A DNA stretch of 64,000 nucleotides from an uncultured Alphaproteobacteria bacterium (GTDB lineage: Bacteria; Pseudomonadota; Alphaproteobacteria; RF32; CAG-239), in assembly GCA_934270475.1 (NCBI GenBank), contig CAKQPS010000003.1, forward strand, positions 30,261-94,260, read 5' to 3'. A program made the position numbers and the translations under genes. The notes under the pieces were generated by a model that saw only the letters and a program-made list of their open reading frames with translations, searched no databases and was not told the DNA's origin. This document shows positions 20,326 to 30,619 of the stretch, piece by piece; the stretch's first letter is position 1, and the number at the start of each line of letters is the position of its first letter.

Positions 20326-22485
20326 CTAAAACAGAGGTTCCACCTGAGGTTTTAAGTCAGAAAGCATTTTCAAATCTTGTTTTTCTTCCTCGCGGTTATC
20401 AATGCGTTTCAGTAATTCTGATTTCTCGGCGTCTGACATTTTAACCATAGTTCCAAAGCCGTTGTTTTTACGATAAGTAGTGCTTAAACCATCATCGCTG
20501 ACTTCATAAGTTAATTGACCGTTTTCATCATATTCTTTATATGATTTTCCGTCCCAAATTCCGGCTTTGTAGTTTTTAACATATTTTACTTTGCCGTCAG
20601 GATAGTAGGCAGTGCGGGCGCCTTCCAATTTGTTACCGGCAAAGCGCATGCTGTAAACTTTGTTTCCTTGTTGGTCAAACGCCGCCGCTTCGCCGCTTAT
20701 AACGCCGTTTTTATATGGAACTTGAGCCATAAGCTGTTCGTTGTCGTAATAAAGCCGCAAATATCCGTTCAGTTCGCCGTTTTTGTAGGTGGCATCGGTG
20801 ATTTTTTTGCCGTTTGCGTCATATTCAATATAGCTGCCGTCGCGTTTGCCGTTTTTAACTTCGGTTACTTCATTAACAGCTTTGTTATCTTCAAAATATG
20901 TTTTAATCACGCCGTCTTGCACACCGTTTTTATAAGGAATATCCGCCATTTTAGCGCCGCTTTCATAAAATAGTTCAAGCGTGCCGTTCATATTGTCGGT
21001 TTTCGGTTTGCCGTTAGCGTCATATTGCAGCTGACTGCCCGAAAGTTCGCCGTTTTCTGTTTTCAGCACATATTTAACCGTGCCGTTTTCATAATAGCCG
21101 GTTTCAGTTCCGGCAAACTGACCGTTTTTAAACAACGCTTCAACCGCGGTGTTGCCGAATGCATCTTTCTTTTTAACAATTCCGTCAAGGGTGTTGTCGG
21201 TAAAGTTCAGCTCTTCATTAACGGTTTTGCCATCGGCTTTATAGGTTATAACTTTGCCCGAAATTTTACCGTTAGTCATATACGTTTGTGCGGCTTTTGT
21301 GCCGTTTTTGTTATATGATATAACTTCACCGTTCAATTCTCCGTTTAAATAATTGGCGGTGCGCGCTATATTTCCGTTGTCAAAATATTCAACAGACTTG
21401 CCGTTCATCACGCCGTCTTTATACATGATGTCATACATCATTTTACCGTTCTGATAAAATCCGACATCGTGCCCGTTCAGCTTGTTATCGGCAAAATCGG
21501 CAACGGATTTCTTTTTGCCGTTTTCATAATACATTTTTGCCTGACCTTCTATAACACCGTCAACATACGGCAGTTCCGAATAAAGATTGCCGTTTCTGAA
21601 ATAAGTTTTCATCAAACCGTTTGGCTGGTCATTGCTGAAATTGATTTCATTTTGCAATTTGCCGTTATCAAAATATTTTTTATAAATGCCGTTGCGCATA
21701 TTGTCGGCAAAGGTCAAATATTCTTCCAGCTGTTTGTTGGGATAATAAGTTTTGGTTACGCCCTGCAGCACGCCGGCAGTATAGTTTGCTTCGGCATAAA
21801 GAACGCCGTTGTCGAAATAGGTTTTCTGCACTCCGTCATACAAATTGTTGACAAAGTTGTTCAGTTCTTTTAGTTCGCCGTTTTCATAATAAACCTGTTC
21901 GGTTCCTTCTACAGAACCGTTGGTATACGGAGTTTCCGAAGAAATTTTGCCGTTTTCAAAATATTGAATGAGTTTGCCGTCGATTTTGCCGTTTTCATTC
22001 ATATTCAGCACATATTTAACTTTGCCGCTTGGGTAATAGCCTGTTTCGGTGCCGAATTGCTCGTTATTTCTAAATTCGGCGGTAGATTCCAATTTGCCGT
22101 TTTTATCATAGGCTTTAACCGGTCCGTTCAGCTGTCCGTTGCGGTAAGTGTAAATTTTTTCCAAACCGCCGTCTTTATAATAGGTTTTGGTTTCGCCATC
22201 TTGATTTCCGGCAACGTAATTAGATTCCGACTTAACATTTCCGTTGGCATAATAAGAGGTCAGCACGCCGTCGATTTTGTTGTTTTTATACGGAGTTTCG
22301 GTTTTAATATTGCCGTTTTGATAATAATCTTTCTGCACGCCGTTTTCATGTTTTGTCTCCAAAGAATCTACATAGCCGTCTTCATCATATAATGATGTTT
22401 TTAAGCTCGGCATCAAATTAAATTTTACGGCAACCAGCAGCATAACGCCTAAGGCAACCAATGCAATCAATCCGGTATTTTTCAT
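20326..22485 (-). CDS. MORN-repeat-variant (YwqK-like) repeat protein with N-terminal membrane anchor
   Basis: About 28 tandem ~23-aa units of the form Y(Y/F)xNG(K/N)(L/V)xxExxYxNGxxxG. N-terminal hydrophobic helix LIALVALGVMLLVAV. Confidence 0.8.
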   Translation of the reverse strand: MKNTGLIALVALGVMLLVAVKFNLMPSLKTSLYDEDGYVDSLETKHENGVQKDYYQNGNIKTETPYKNNKIDGVLTSYYANGNVKSESNYVAGNQDGETKTYYKDGGLEKIYTYRNGQLNGPVKAYDKNGKLESTAEFRNNEQFGTETGYYPSGKVKYVLNMNENGKIDGKLIQYFENGKISSETPYTNGSVEGTEQVYYENGELKELNNFVNNLYDGVQKTYFDNGVLYAEANYTAGVLQGVTKTYYPNKQLEEYLTFADNMRNGIYKKYFDNGKLQNEINFSNDQPNGLMKTYFRNGNLYSELPYVDGVIEGQAKMYYENGKKKSVADFADNKLNGHDVGFYQNGKMMYDIMYKDGVMNGKSVEYFDNGNIARTANYLNGELNGEVISYNKNGTKAAQTYMTNGKISGKVITYKADGKTVNEELNFTDNTLDGIVKKKDAFGNTAVEALFKNGQFAGTETGYYENGTVKYVLKTENGELSGSQLQYDANGKPKTDNMNGTLELFYESGAKMADIPYKNGVQDGVIKTYFEDNKAVNEVTEVKNGKRDGSYIEYDANGKKITDATYKNGELNGYLRLYYDNEQLMAQVPYKNGVISGEAAAFDQQGNKVYSMRFAGNKLEGARTAYYPDGKVKYVKNYKAGIWDGKSYKEYDENGQLTYEVSDDGLSTTYRKNNGFGTMVKMSDAEKSELLKRIDNREEEKQDLKMLSDLKPQVEPLF

Positions 22486-22580
22486 ATTTCCTCCGTTTGC
22501 TGAAATCTTTTAATAATTATATTCATTCATAACACTAAGATTTGTTATCTTCAAGTTTAATTACTTTCATCAACAAAAAA

Positions 22581-23948
22581 CTATGCGTATTGAGTCTGTT
22601 TGTTTTGCAGCAGTTTAATAACGGACGGACGCAGGTTTTGCTGTTGATAATCGGCAATATAGTTTAAGTTTTCGTTTTCTTGCTCACTTAAAGCAGTGTT
22701 AATTCCATAGTTTTGATAATAATTTAGGCTGTCTTGCTCCAAATTTTCAGCCGTGTCGTTTTTACCGTTTTGAGCATAATAAAGCGCTAGTTTATGCTGA
22801 GCATTGGCAATTTGCTGGGCATACAGAATGTCATCGCCTTCAACCACGGTTTGATAAGCGTACACAGCTTTATCATAATCTTTTTGCTGCCAGTAAATAT
22901 CGCCGCAGCGGCTCCAAGCGTTTATGCTTTTCGGAGCCAATTCCAGCGCAAGTTCAAAAGAATTTTGCGCCAGGTCCAAATTGTCGGCGCCAGCAATTGT
23001 GCCAAATAGACAAGCATAGGAAGACGCCTGCGCATAAGCGATGTCTTTTACTAATTTATCTTTAGATTCGGCGCTGTCTATTTGTTGTTTAATTAAATTT
23101 TCCAAAAGGTTAAGACAATATGAGTTGTCGCCGTGCGCCCAGGCTAAAATCGCCTCTTCATCGCTTGGAAGCTCGTTCCGTGCCGGTAAATTATTAAATT
23201 TTCCGGTAGTGCAGAGGCTGATAAAATCTCTGACCGCGCTTATTGTTTGCAAAATTTCTTCTTTTTCGGTTTCGCCGTGATTGCGGTAATATACGGCTTG
23301 GGCAATTTTTTCCGGTGAAACTTCGCGGCTCAGCATATTTATAATTAAGCTTATAAGCTCGTTCATCGATTCTTTTTGCTGTTCATAATTCAAGGCGGTG
23401 TCGTCAGCCAGCTGTTCATGCTGCGGCAAATCATTTTTTTGCCAATCTAACGGTTTGAAAGAATTTTTTTCCGCCTGTTCTTTTAATTTGGCTTTCAGCT
23501 GCAATATATCGTCGGTAACAGCGGAAGATTGCACCAAAACCCTAGAAATTTCTTTTTCTTTTTCCAGCTTGTCTCTTTCGCTCAAAGCCTGAAAATCAGC
23601 ATCTATGGTCAGCCGCGGCTTTTCATTTTCCATAAGTCCTTCTGCTTCGTCAGCCAAGACGGAATGTAGGTTTTCGGCTGGTTGATTGTCTTGCGTATAA
23701 AAAAGTCCGGCATCGTCAGATTCCCCGTCGGCAATACGGAAAGTATCAATAACGGATTTAATGTAAATCAGCAGAATTATTGTTAGAAAGCCGACAAAAG
23801 CCCCCATAATATAAACGCCGTTGGGACCAAACTCATAAATTACGGCATTGTGCAGTTTTTCAATTTTAGCCGCCGCTAAGGCAATAAAATCAGCCAAATC
23901 GGAATTTCCGGTTAAAGAAGCATCAGAAAAGGGATTTTGCTCTACCAT
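22581..23948 (-). CDS. Membrane-anchored TPR-repeat protein, function unknown
   Basis: One TM helix (GVYIMGAFVGFLTIILLIYI). The C-terminal third has TPR-like repeats (AWSRCGDIYWQQKDYDKAVYAYQTVV...). Confidence 0.6.
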   Translation of the reverse strand: MVEQNPFSDASLTGNSDLADFIALAAAKIEKLHNAVIYEFGPNGVYIMGAFVGFLTIILLIYIKSVIDTFRIADGESDDAGLFYTQDNQPAENLHSVLADEAEGLMENEKPRLTIDADFQALSERDKLEKEKEISRVLVQSSAVTDDILQLKAKLKEQAEKNSFKPLDWQKNDLPQHEQLADDTALNYEQQKESMNELISLIINMLSREVSPEKIAQAVYYRNHGETEKEEILQTISAVRDFISLCTTGKFNNLPARNELPSDEEAILAWAHGDNSYCLNLLENLIKQQIDSAESKDKLVKDIAYAQASSYACLFGTIAGADNLDLAQNSFELALELAPKSINAWSRCGDIYWQQKDYDKAVYAYQTVVEGDDILYAQQIANAQHKLALYYAQNGKNDTAENLEQDSLNYYQNYGINTALSEQENENLNYIADYQQQNLRPSVIKLLQNKQTQYA

Positions 23949-24046
23949 TGTTTAATATCCTTTTTTAACGGCTGAATGTATACAGATAAATAAACTGTCA
24001 ACCTAACGCTTTCACTCTACACAATGCGGTAGGTAAAGTAAAGAAT

Positions 24047-25522
24047 TTATTTGTGATTTTCCGCGTTTTTAATAAGTTCTATCAAATTGTTGTCTTCAGT
24101 TTTAAGGGCATATTCCAATGCTATTTTTTGGCTTTCGGCGGCGGCGTTGAAGTCTCCGGATAAATTTTCTACCAAAGCGAGGTTTGTATAATCGGCGGCA
24201 AGCCCGCTGCAGCGGTTATGATTCTGCTCCAAATGCAAAGACTGCTGCAGCAGCGCCTTGGCGCGTGACAAATCGTGTTTTTGCAAATATATCAATCCCA
24301 GCAGGCTATAGGCGTTTGCTGTATGAAAATTTAAACTGTGCAACTCGCTTTCATCTAAAATCTGCCGTAAAATTTTTTCCGCTTTGTCATATTGTTCTTG
24401 CTTGCACAAAGCTTGAGCCTGTAAATAAAGTGATTCGGCATAGGCAGAAAAATTTTGCTGCTTTTGGTAAATTTGGGCGGCTTTCTGCGCTTCTGCGGCA
24501 GCTTTTTGCGGAAATTCCAAGCTTAGCAAAAAATGTCCGATGAGCTGCCGGCTAAAAGCAATACCGCGGTTATTTTGGGCTTGTTTATGCAATTTTAATG
24601 CGGTTTTAGCGGTTTTTAAGGCGTTTTCCACATCTTTGCGGGCAAGCTTTAAAAGTGCAATTTGGTTAAAAATATCAGCCTTCAGCAATTTGTCTTGATG
24701 AATAGCCAAGGCTTTTGTAAATTTGTCTTCAGCTTCTTCAAAACGATTTTCAAACAGCATGAGCATTCCTAAAAGAGCGGTGGTTTGAGCCTGAAAGAGC
24801 GGAAGTTTGGCTTCTTGAAAAATCTTTAAGGCAGATTCCAACATGGTTTGAGCAATATCATTAACGCAGCTTATGCGGTAAATTTCGGCAAGCAGCAGAT
24901 AAGTTTTTGCTTCTTCAAAAATATAGCGCTTTTTTTTGAATATTTTTAAGGCTGCCGAGGCATGTTCCGAGGCAGAAAGCATATCGCCCTCTTGTAAATA
25001 GGTAATGGCGTAAATATATGATTTTTCGGCTTGCAGCGCCAACGATAAATGCTGTTTTTTTAATTGTTTCAGCCAAAAAGTCAGGCTTTGGTCGGCAAAT
25101 AAAATATGCGCAATACCGGCGGCGGCAATTTTATAGGGAGCTTTCAGTTTTTTACGGCAGCGGTATAGCTTTTGATAAACGGGAGGTAGTTCATCGCTGT
25201 GAGCGCTTAATAATAAAGCCAGTGGTTTGTCTTTGGTTGAAAAATAGGCGGCGGCTTTTGCGGTGCGTCCGCCGACTAAATCGGCAAGAGCGGCGTGTGA
25301 TTTTTGGGAAAAACGCCAAAACAAGCGGTTAATCGCCGAATTTATGAGATAGGTTGAAAAATAGCGTCGCCCCAGCATCAGCTGCTGCCGCCGCAAAACA
25401 TTCAGCAGCGCCAGTTTTTTTAAATGGCGCAGACGCAGGCAAACAACAATGCTGCCAAACAATAGGGCTATGCATAACAACAATGCGGCAAAAACGCCTA
25501 AAACAAAATATTTTTCCAACAT
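24047..25522 (-). CDS. Membrane-anchored TPR-repeat protein, function unknown
   Basis: N-terminal TM helix followed by repeated A/L/Y-rich 34-aa-like units (e.g. AYSLLGLIYLQKHDLSRAKALLQQSLHL). Confidence 0.6.
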   Translation of the reverse strand: MLEKYFVLGVFAALLLCIALLFGSIVVCLRLRHLKKLALLNVLRRQQLMLGRRYFSTYLINSAINRLFWRFSQKSHAALADLVGGRTAKAAAYFSTKDKPLALLLSAHSDELPPVYQKLYRCRKKLKAPYKIAAAGIAHILFADQSLTFWLKQLKKQHLSLALQAEKSYIYAITYLQEGDMLSASEHASAALKIFKKKRYIFEEAKTYLLLAEIYRISCVNDIAQTMLESALKIFQEAKLPLFQAQTTALLGMLMLFENRFEEAEDKFTKALAIHQDKLLKADIFNQIALLKLARKDVENALKTAKTALKLHKQAQNNRGIAFSRQLIGHFLLSLEFPQKAAAEAQKAAQIYQKQQNFSAYAESLYLQAQALCKQEQYDKAEKILRQILDESELHSLNFHTANAYSLLGLIYLQKHDLSRAKALLQQSLHLEQNHNRCSGLAADYTNLALVENLSGDFNAAAESQKIALEYALKTEDNNLIELIKNAENHK

Positions 25523-25588
25523 TTACTCTCTATTAGCAATTTTAAGGTTAATATCCCTATAACATTAAATCATAAAGGAAAATTTAAA

Positions 25589-28024
25589 ATGGCTATTACA
25601 AAATTAACTTCCGATAAACTTTACCGTAAATGCGACCCTTCAAAGTTTGATTTTAATTCTACTGCCGATTTAGAAGAGCGTTTGTCCGCTTTGGGACAGG
25701 ATAGGGCAATTCACGCGGTGGAGCTGGGTATTCATATCAAATCCCGCGGTTATAATCTGTTTTGCTTGGGACCTGAGGGAACTGGTAAAACCAGTTTGGT
25801 AAAGCGTATTTTGGAAAAAGAAGCCAAAAACCGCAAAACTCCTGATGATTGGGCGTATGTTTATAATTTTGAAGAGCCGTATAAGCCGATAGCTATGAGT
25901 TTTCCGGCAGGACAGGCAACAGAGTTTGCCAAAGACGTTGACGAGCTTTTAGAAGAGCTGGCAGATTCGCTGCCTGAAATTATCGAGTCCGAAGAATATA
26001 AGGCGGCGCTTGGTATTATCCGTCAAAAATATAAGGCTAAAAAAGAAGAATATATAAATGTTCTGCAGAAAAAAGCTAAAGGCAAGCGCGTATCGCTGCT
26101 GCATATGCAAATGGGGCTGGTTGTGGCTCCAATGAAAGACGGCGAAGTTTTGAGCCCTGATGCGTTTGAGCAGCTTCCAGAAGAAGAAAAGAAACTTGTT
26201 ATGGACGACTTGAACGCCATGCAGGAAGAAATTGAAAACGCCACGCAGGATTTGCCGTGCTGGGAAGAAAAGCAAAAACGCGAGATTACGATTTTGCGTG
26301 AAAAATTTGTGCGTTCAGCTGTAAAAGATCCGATTGATGCCTTGCGCAAAAAATATAAAAGCCAGCAGCCGTCTAGATTTTTGAAGCAAATTCAAGACAA
26401 TATCTTGGATAATATTGATGACTTTGTGCCGACCGACAGTGACAAGCAAGCGGCCGCAGCCGGTACCGAGGAAGATCCGCTGCAGCTGCTTTTAAGTAAA
26501 ATGAAACAGCCGGAAGAAGATAAGTTTGCCAAATTTAAGGTTAACGTAATTGTTAAAAATGTTCCGGATTCCGGCGCTCCGATTATTACTGTCGACTATC
26601 CGACGCAGGGTAATTTGGTGGGCAAAGTTGAGCGCATTCAGCAATACGGCGCATTGCTTACAGACTTTACATTGATAAAAGCCGGTGCTTTGCACCAAGC
26701 TAACGGCGGCTTTTTGCTGCTTGATGCCCGCAAAGTTTTGGAACAGCCTTTTGCTTGGGATTCTTTGAAACGGGCAATTGCCTCAAAGCGCGTAAAGATT
26801 GAGGCTCCGTCGGAGGAAACCAGCTTTACAACCATATCTCTTGACCCAGAGCCGATTCCTTTGGATATAAAAGTTGTGCTGACCGGTGATTTTGAAATCT
26901 ATGAGCTTTTGAGCGAAAGAGATCCTGATTTCCGCGACTTTTTCAAAGTTGAGGCGGATTTTGGTATGATTATGGATAGAAATGCCGAAAACGAGGTGGA
27001 ATATGCCAAACTTATCGGCTCACTTTCTAAAAAGAAACAGCTGCGTTCGCTCAATCGGCAAGCAGTGGCAAGAGTTATTGAATATGCTTCACGCTTGGCT
27101 GATGACGCCGGCAAATTGACCGCACATATTTCTTCTATCGGCGACTTGCTGCGTGAGGCAGATTATTGGGCGAGAGTTTCCAACTCCAAACAAATTGGCA
27201 AAAACCATATTGATCAAGCTATAGAGGCGCAGATTTACCGTTCTGACCGCATTAAAAAAGCCATGCTCGAAGAAATTGACAAGGGCACGATTTTAATGGA
27301 CGTCAAAGGCGAGCGTGTCGGACAAATCAATGGCTTGGTTGTTTATGATTTTTCTCGTTATTCGTTCGGCAAGCCGGCGCGTATTACCACGCAGGTGCGT
27401 ATCGGTAAAGGCGATTTCATTGATATTGAACGTGAAATTTCTATGAGCGGACCAATTCACACCAAAGGCGTGTTGATTTTGAAATCGCTGATAGCCAACC
27501 GCTTTGCCAAACATTCCCCGCTTTCTTTGTCGGCATCAATTGTGTTTGAACAGTCATACGGCGGAGTTGACGGCGACAGCGCTTCTTCTACCGAATATTA
27601 CTGCCTGCTGTCGGCAATTGCTAACCTGCCGATAAAACAGAATATTGCCGTAACTGGCTCAATCAATCAGTTTGGCGAAATTCAGCCAATCGGCGGCGTA
27701 AACGAAAAAATTGAAGGTTTCTTTGATGTTTGCGTTCATAATGGTTTAACCGGCAAGCAAGGTGTTATTATTCCGCGTACCAATGTCGACAATTTAATGC
27801 TGCGCTCCGATGTGGTGCAGGCGGTGGAAGACGGACGTTTCACCATTTATGCTATTGATACGGTTGACGACGGTATTGAAATCTTGACCGGCGTTAAGGC
27901 TGGAAAACCTGATAACAAAGGAAATTATCCAAAAGGAACAGTGAATTATTTAGTGGAAGAGAGCCTTCGTCAATACTATAAAGACTATGCTCACTATGCT
28001 AAAGAAACGCACGGTTGCTTATAA
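25589..28024 (+). CDS. Lon-related ATP-dependent protease (AAA+ domain plus Lon S16 proteolytic domain)
   Basis: Walker A GPEGTGKTS. C-terminal Lon protease domain with GGVDGDSASSTE (catalytic Ser context) and GGVNEKIEGF (catalytic Lys context). Confidence 0.85.
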   Translation: MAITKLTSDKLYRKCDPSKFDFNSTADLEERLSALGQDRAIHAVELGIHIKSRGYNLFCLGPEGTGKTSLVKRILEKEAKNRKTPDDWAYVYNFEEPYKPIAMSFPAGQATEFAKDVDELLEELADSLPEIIESEEYKAALGIIRQKYKAKKEEYINVLQKKAKGKRVSLLHMQMGLVVAPMKDGEVLSPDAFEQLPEEEKKLVMDDLNAMQEEIENATQDLPCWEEKQKREITILREKFVRSAVKDPIDALRKKYKSQQPSRFLKQIQDNILDNIDDFVPTDSDKQAAAAGTEEDPLQLLLSKMKQPEEDKFAKFKVNVIVKNVPDSGAPIITVDYPTQGNLVGKVERIQQYGALLTDFTLIKAGALHQANGGFLLLDARKVLEQPFAWDSLKRAIASKRVKIEAPSEETSFTTISLDPEPIPLDIKVVLTGDFEIYELLSERDPDFRDFFKVEADFGMIMDRNAENEVEYAKLIGSLSKKKQLRSLNRQAVARVIEYASRLADDAGKLTAHISSIGDLLREADYWARVSNSKQIGKNHIDQAIEAQIYRSDRIKKAMLEEIDKGTILMDVKGERVGQINGLVVYDFSRYSFGKPARITTQVRIGKGDFIDIEREISMSGPIHTKGVLILKSLIANRFAKHSPLSLSASIVFEQSYGGVDGDSASSTEYYCLLSAIANLPIKQNIAVTGSINQFGEIQPIGGVNEKIEGFFDVCVHNGLTGKQGVIIPRTNVDNLMLRSDVVQAVEDGRFTIYAIDTVDDGIEILTGVKAGKPDNKGNYPKGTVNYLVEESLRQYYKDYAHYAKETHGCL

Positions 28025-28037
28025 GAAGACAACAAAA

Positions 28038-28071
28038 AACACCGCTTATAAGAATAGGCGGTGTTTTTTTG
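28038..28071. terminator. Bidirectional intrinsic terminator
   Basis: aacaccgc ... gcggtgtt stem with an upstream A-run and a downstream T7 run. Confidence 0.8.
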
Positions 28072-28076
28072 TAAGG

Positions 28077-28472
28077 TTAAACGGAGATTTTTGCGGCTTT
28101 TTCTATCAGCTCTTTAGCATTCAGCATATTTTTATACTGAGCAGAGCCTAAAGAAATGTCAATCATTCCGTTGCGACCTACCCGCGTGAACTCATACTTG
28201 CTGAGAAATTCCTGCGGAGTAAGAATAAACGGGTCGACAATCGGACCGTAAACAATGGTCTCATTAGAAACCAAAGGCTTGTTGTCAAAAATAAAGCTTG
28301 GACCGGTCCATAAAAAGCAAGATGAAACTTTACCTGTTGCTTTATTTTTCATGTAATAGACATTATCACGATTTTTGATAATGTTGCCTGCATACAGCAG
28401 ATAAGCGTCCCAAAAAACTCTCTCCATAGTATAATAATTTAGGCGTAAATCCCATAATGTTACAGTTGCCAA
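28077..28472 (-). CDS. Hypothetical protein
   Basis: 131-aa ORF with ordinary codon usage and no recognisable motif. An alternative ATG lies at MERVFW. Confidence 0.4.
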   Translation of the reverse strand: MATVTLWDLRLNYYTMERVFWDAYLLYAGNIIKNRDNVYYMKNKATGKVSSCFLWTGPSFIFDNKPLVSNETIVYGPIVDPFILTPQEFLSKYEFTRVGRNGMIDISLGSAQYKNMLNAKELIEKAAKISV

Positions 28473-28663
28473 AGCTGCCGCGGGATATGTATAATAATCT
28501 AAATGCGGTTATAGTATACTTATTTTTTTGTCAGAAAACAAGCGTATTTGTAAAAACAGGGCAAAAAAACTTGCAAAACGCCGAAAGAATGTTAATTATT
28601 TATAAAAAATTAAGCAATCATAAGCTTTAATAAACAAAAAAGAATTTTATAAAAGGATATGAT

Positions 28664-29278
28664 ATGAATAGTGTAATGCCCAGCGACGCTTTGGTGCCTA
28701 TGGTGATAGAACAAACACCGAAAGGCGAGCGCTCGTTTGATATTTTTTCTCGTTTGCTGAAAGAAAGAATTATTTTCTTAACCGGCGAAGTTAATGATGA
28801 AACTTCGGCTTTGGTTTGCGCGCAGCTTTTGTTTTTGGAAGCCGAAAATCCAAAGAAAGATATTTTCTTATACATTAACTCCCCTGGCGGCGTGGTGACT
28901 TCCGGTATGGCAATGTATGACACCATGCAGTATATTTCCTGCGATGTGGCGACAATCTGCATCGGTCAGGCTTGCTCTATGGGCTCTTTCTTGCTGGCAG
29001 GTGGCGCCAAAGGCAAACGCTATTCTCTGCCGAACTCGCAGATTATGATTCACCAGCCGTCGGGCGGCGCCAAAGGACAGGCGGCGGATATTGAAATTCA
29101 GGCTAAATTGATTTTGGATTTGCGCAAACGCCTGAATGCTATTTATGCACAAAATACCGGTCAAAAAATCTCGGTTATTGAACGCGCTATGGACAGAGAT
29201 AATTTTATGACGCCGCAGGAAGCGCTTGATTTTGGTTTGATTGACCACATTATCACTAACCGTGAAGAAGTAAAGTAG
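28664..29278 (+). CDS. clpP: ATP-dependent Clp protease proteolytic subunit
   Basis: [18 protein letters not shown], catalytic context [14 protein letters not shown], and IMIHQPSGG. Confidence 0.97.
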   Translation: MNSVMPSDALVPMVIEQTPKGERSFDIFSRLLKERIIFLTGEVNDETSALVCAQLLFLEAENPKKDIFLYINSPGGVVTSGMAMYDTMQYISCDVATICIGQACSMGSFLLAGGAKGKRYSLPNSQIMIHQPSGGAKGQAADIEIQAKLILDLRKRLNAIYAQNTGQKISVIERAMDRDNFMTPQEALDFGLIDHIITNREEVK

Positions 29279-29285
29279 GTGGAAA

Positions 29286-30554
29286 ATGAGTGAAAATAAC
29301 GAAGAAATTTTGCATTGTTCGTTTTGCGGCAAAAGCCAAAAAGAAGTGAAAAAGCTGGTTGCCGGACGCGGTGTTTATATTTGCAACGAATGCATCGAGG
29401 TTTGCCATTCCATTATGGAAGAAGATGCCGAGCTGGCGCCGGAAAATAAAATCGCCGCTGCTGATGAACCGTTAATGGACAGCCTGCCAACCCCGTCTAA
29501 AATTAAAGAATTTCTTGATGAATATGTGATTGGTCAGGATTATGCTAAAAAAGTTTTATCAGTTGCAGTATACAATCACTATAAGCGCTTGAATAATCCT
29601 AAAAAAGATGAAGTTGATATTACTAAATCAAATGTGATTTTGATTGGTTCGACCGGTTGCGGCAAAACTTTGCTGGCGCAGACTTTGGCAAAGATTTTGA
29701 ACGTGCCTTTTGCTATTGCCGACGCCACCACCCTGACCGAAGCCGGTTATGTGGGCGAAGATGTTGAAAACATTGTGCTGAAACTGGTGCAAAATGCTAA
29801 TTACGATATTGAAAAGGCTCAGCGCGGTATCATTTATATTGATGAAATTGATAAAATATCCCGCAAAGGTGACGGACCGTCCATCACCCGCGATGTTTCG
29901 GGCGAGGGCGTTCAGCAGGCTTTGCTGAAAATTATTGAAGGCACGGTTGCCAATGTTCCGCCTCAAGGCGGACGCAAGCACCCGCAGCAGGAATTTTTGC
30001 ATGTGGATACTAAAAACATTCTGTTTATCTGCGGCGGTGCGTTTGCCGGTTTGGAAAAAATTGTGGAAAAACATGGCACTGAAAGCGGTAATTCTATCGG
30101 CTTCGGCGCTAAAGTGGAAAAAGATGAAAAGACCGTCGGACAAATTCTGAAAGACGTGCGTCCGGAAGATTTGATTAAATACGGACTCATTCCGGAATTT
30201 ACGGGACGTGTGCCGGTTATCGCCACTTTAGACGATTTGAACGAAGATGCTTTAATCCGTGTTTTGACCGAGCCGAAAAACGCATTGGTCAGCCAATACG
30301 CCTCATTGTTCGGCATGGACGATGTCAAATTGACAATCACGCCTGAAGCTTTGCGCGCCATTGCTAAAAAAGCTATAGAACGTAAGACAGGTGCTCGCGG
30401 ATTGCGTGCGATTATGGAAGAAATTTTGATGGAATGGATGTATGAACTGCCTGATAAAAAGGATATTTCTGAAATTGTGATAGATGAAAAAGTTATTACA
30501 GACGGTGAAAAGCCAAAACTGATTCATCAGTCCGCAGAAAAAAAATCTGCCTAA
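29286..30554 (+). CDS. clpX: ATP-dependent Clp protease ATP-binding subunit ClpX
   Basis: Zinc-binding N-domain [17 protein letters not shown]...YICNECI, Walker A GSTGCGKT, Walker [10 protein letters not shown], and IGF loop GFGA. Confidence 0.97.
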   Translation: MSENNEEILHCSFCGKSQKEVKKLVAGRGVYICNECIEVCHSIMEEDAELAPENKIAAADEPLMDSLPTPSKIKEFLDEYVIGQDYAKKVLSVAVYNHYKRLNNPKKDEVDITKSNVILIGSTGCGKTLLAQTLAKILNVPFAIADATTLTEAGYVGEDVENIVLKLVQNANYDIEKAQRGIIYIDEIDKISRKGDGPSITRDVSGEGVQQALLKIIEGTVANVPPQGGRKHPQQEFLHVDTKNILFICGGAFAGLEKIVEKHGTESGNSIGFGAKVEKDEKTVGQILKDVRPEDLIKYGLIPEFTGRVPVIATLDDLNEDALIRVLTEPKNALVSQYASLFGMDDVKLTITPEALRAIAKKAIERKTGARGLRAIMEEILMEWMYELPDKKDISEIVIDEKVITDGEKPKLIHQSAEKKSA

Positions 30555-30564
30555 GCAGCCTAAA

Positions 30565-30605
30565 ATAAAAAAACTTCCGATAGAAAATATCGGAAGTTTT
30601 TTTGT
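30565..30605. terminator. Bidirectional intrinsic terminator shared by clpX and fadL
   Basis: cttccgata / tatcggaag stem flanked by an A-run and a T-run. Confidence 0.8.
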
Positions 30606-30619
30606 TGCTAAGTTAAAGC

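Noticed and set aside
25589-28024. The Lon-related protease as a BREX BrxL-like defence component, given the two upstream TPR proteins.
   Set aside because: No other BREX genes (pglX/pglZ/brxA-C) are nearby and the flanks are housekeeping genes. The TPR genes are on the opposite strand, and the domain layout fits the generic Lon-related family.
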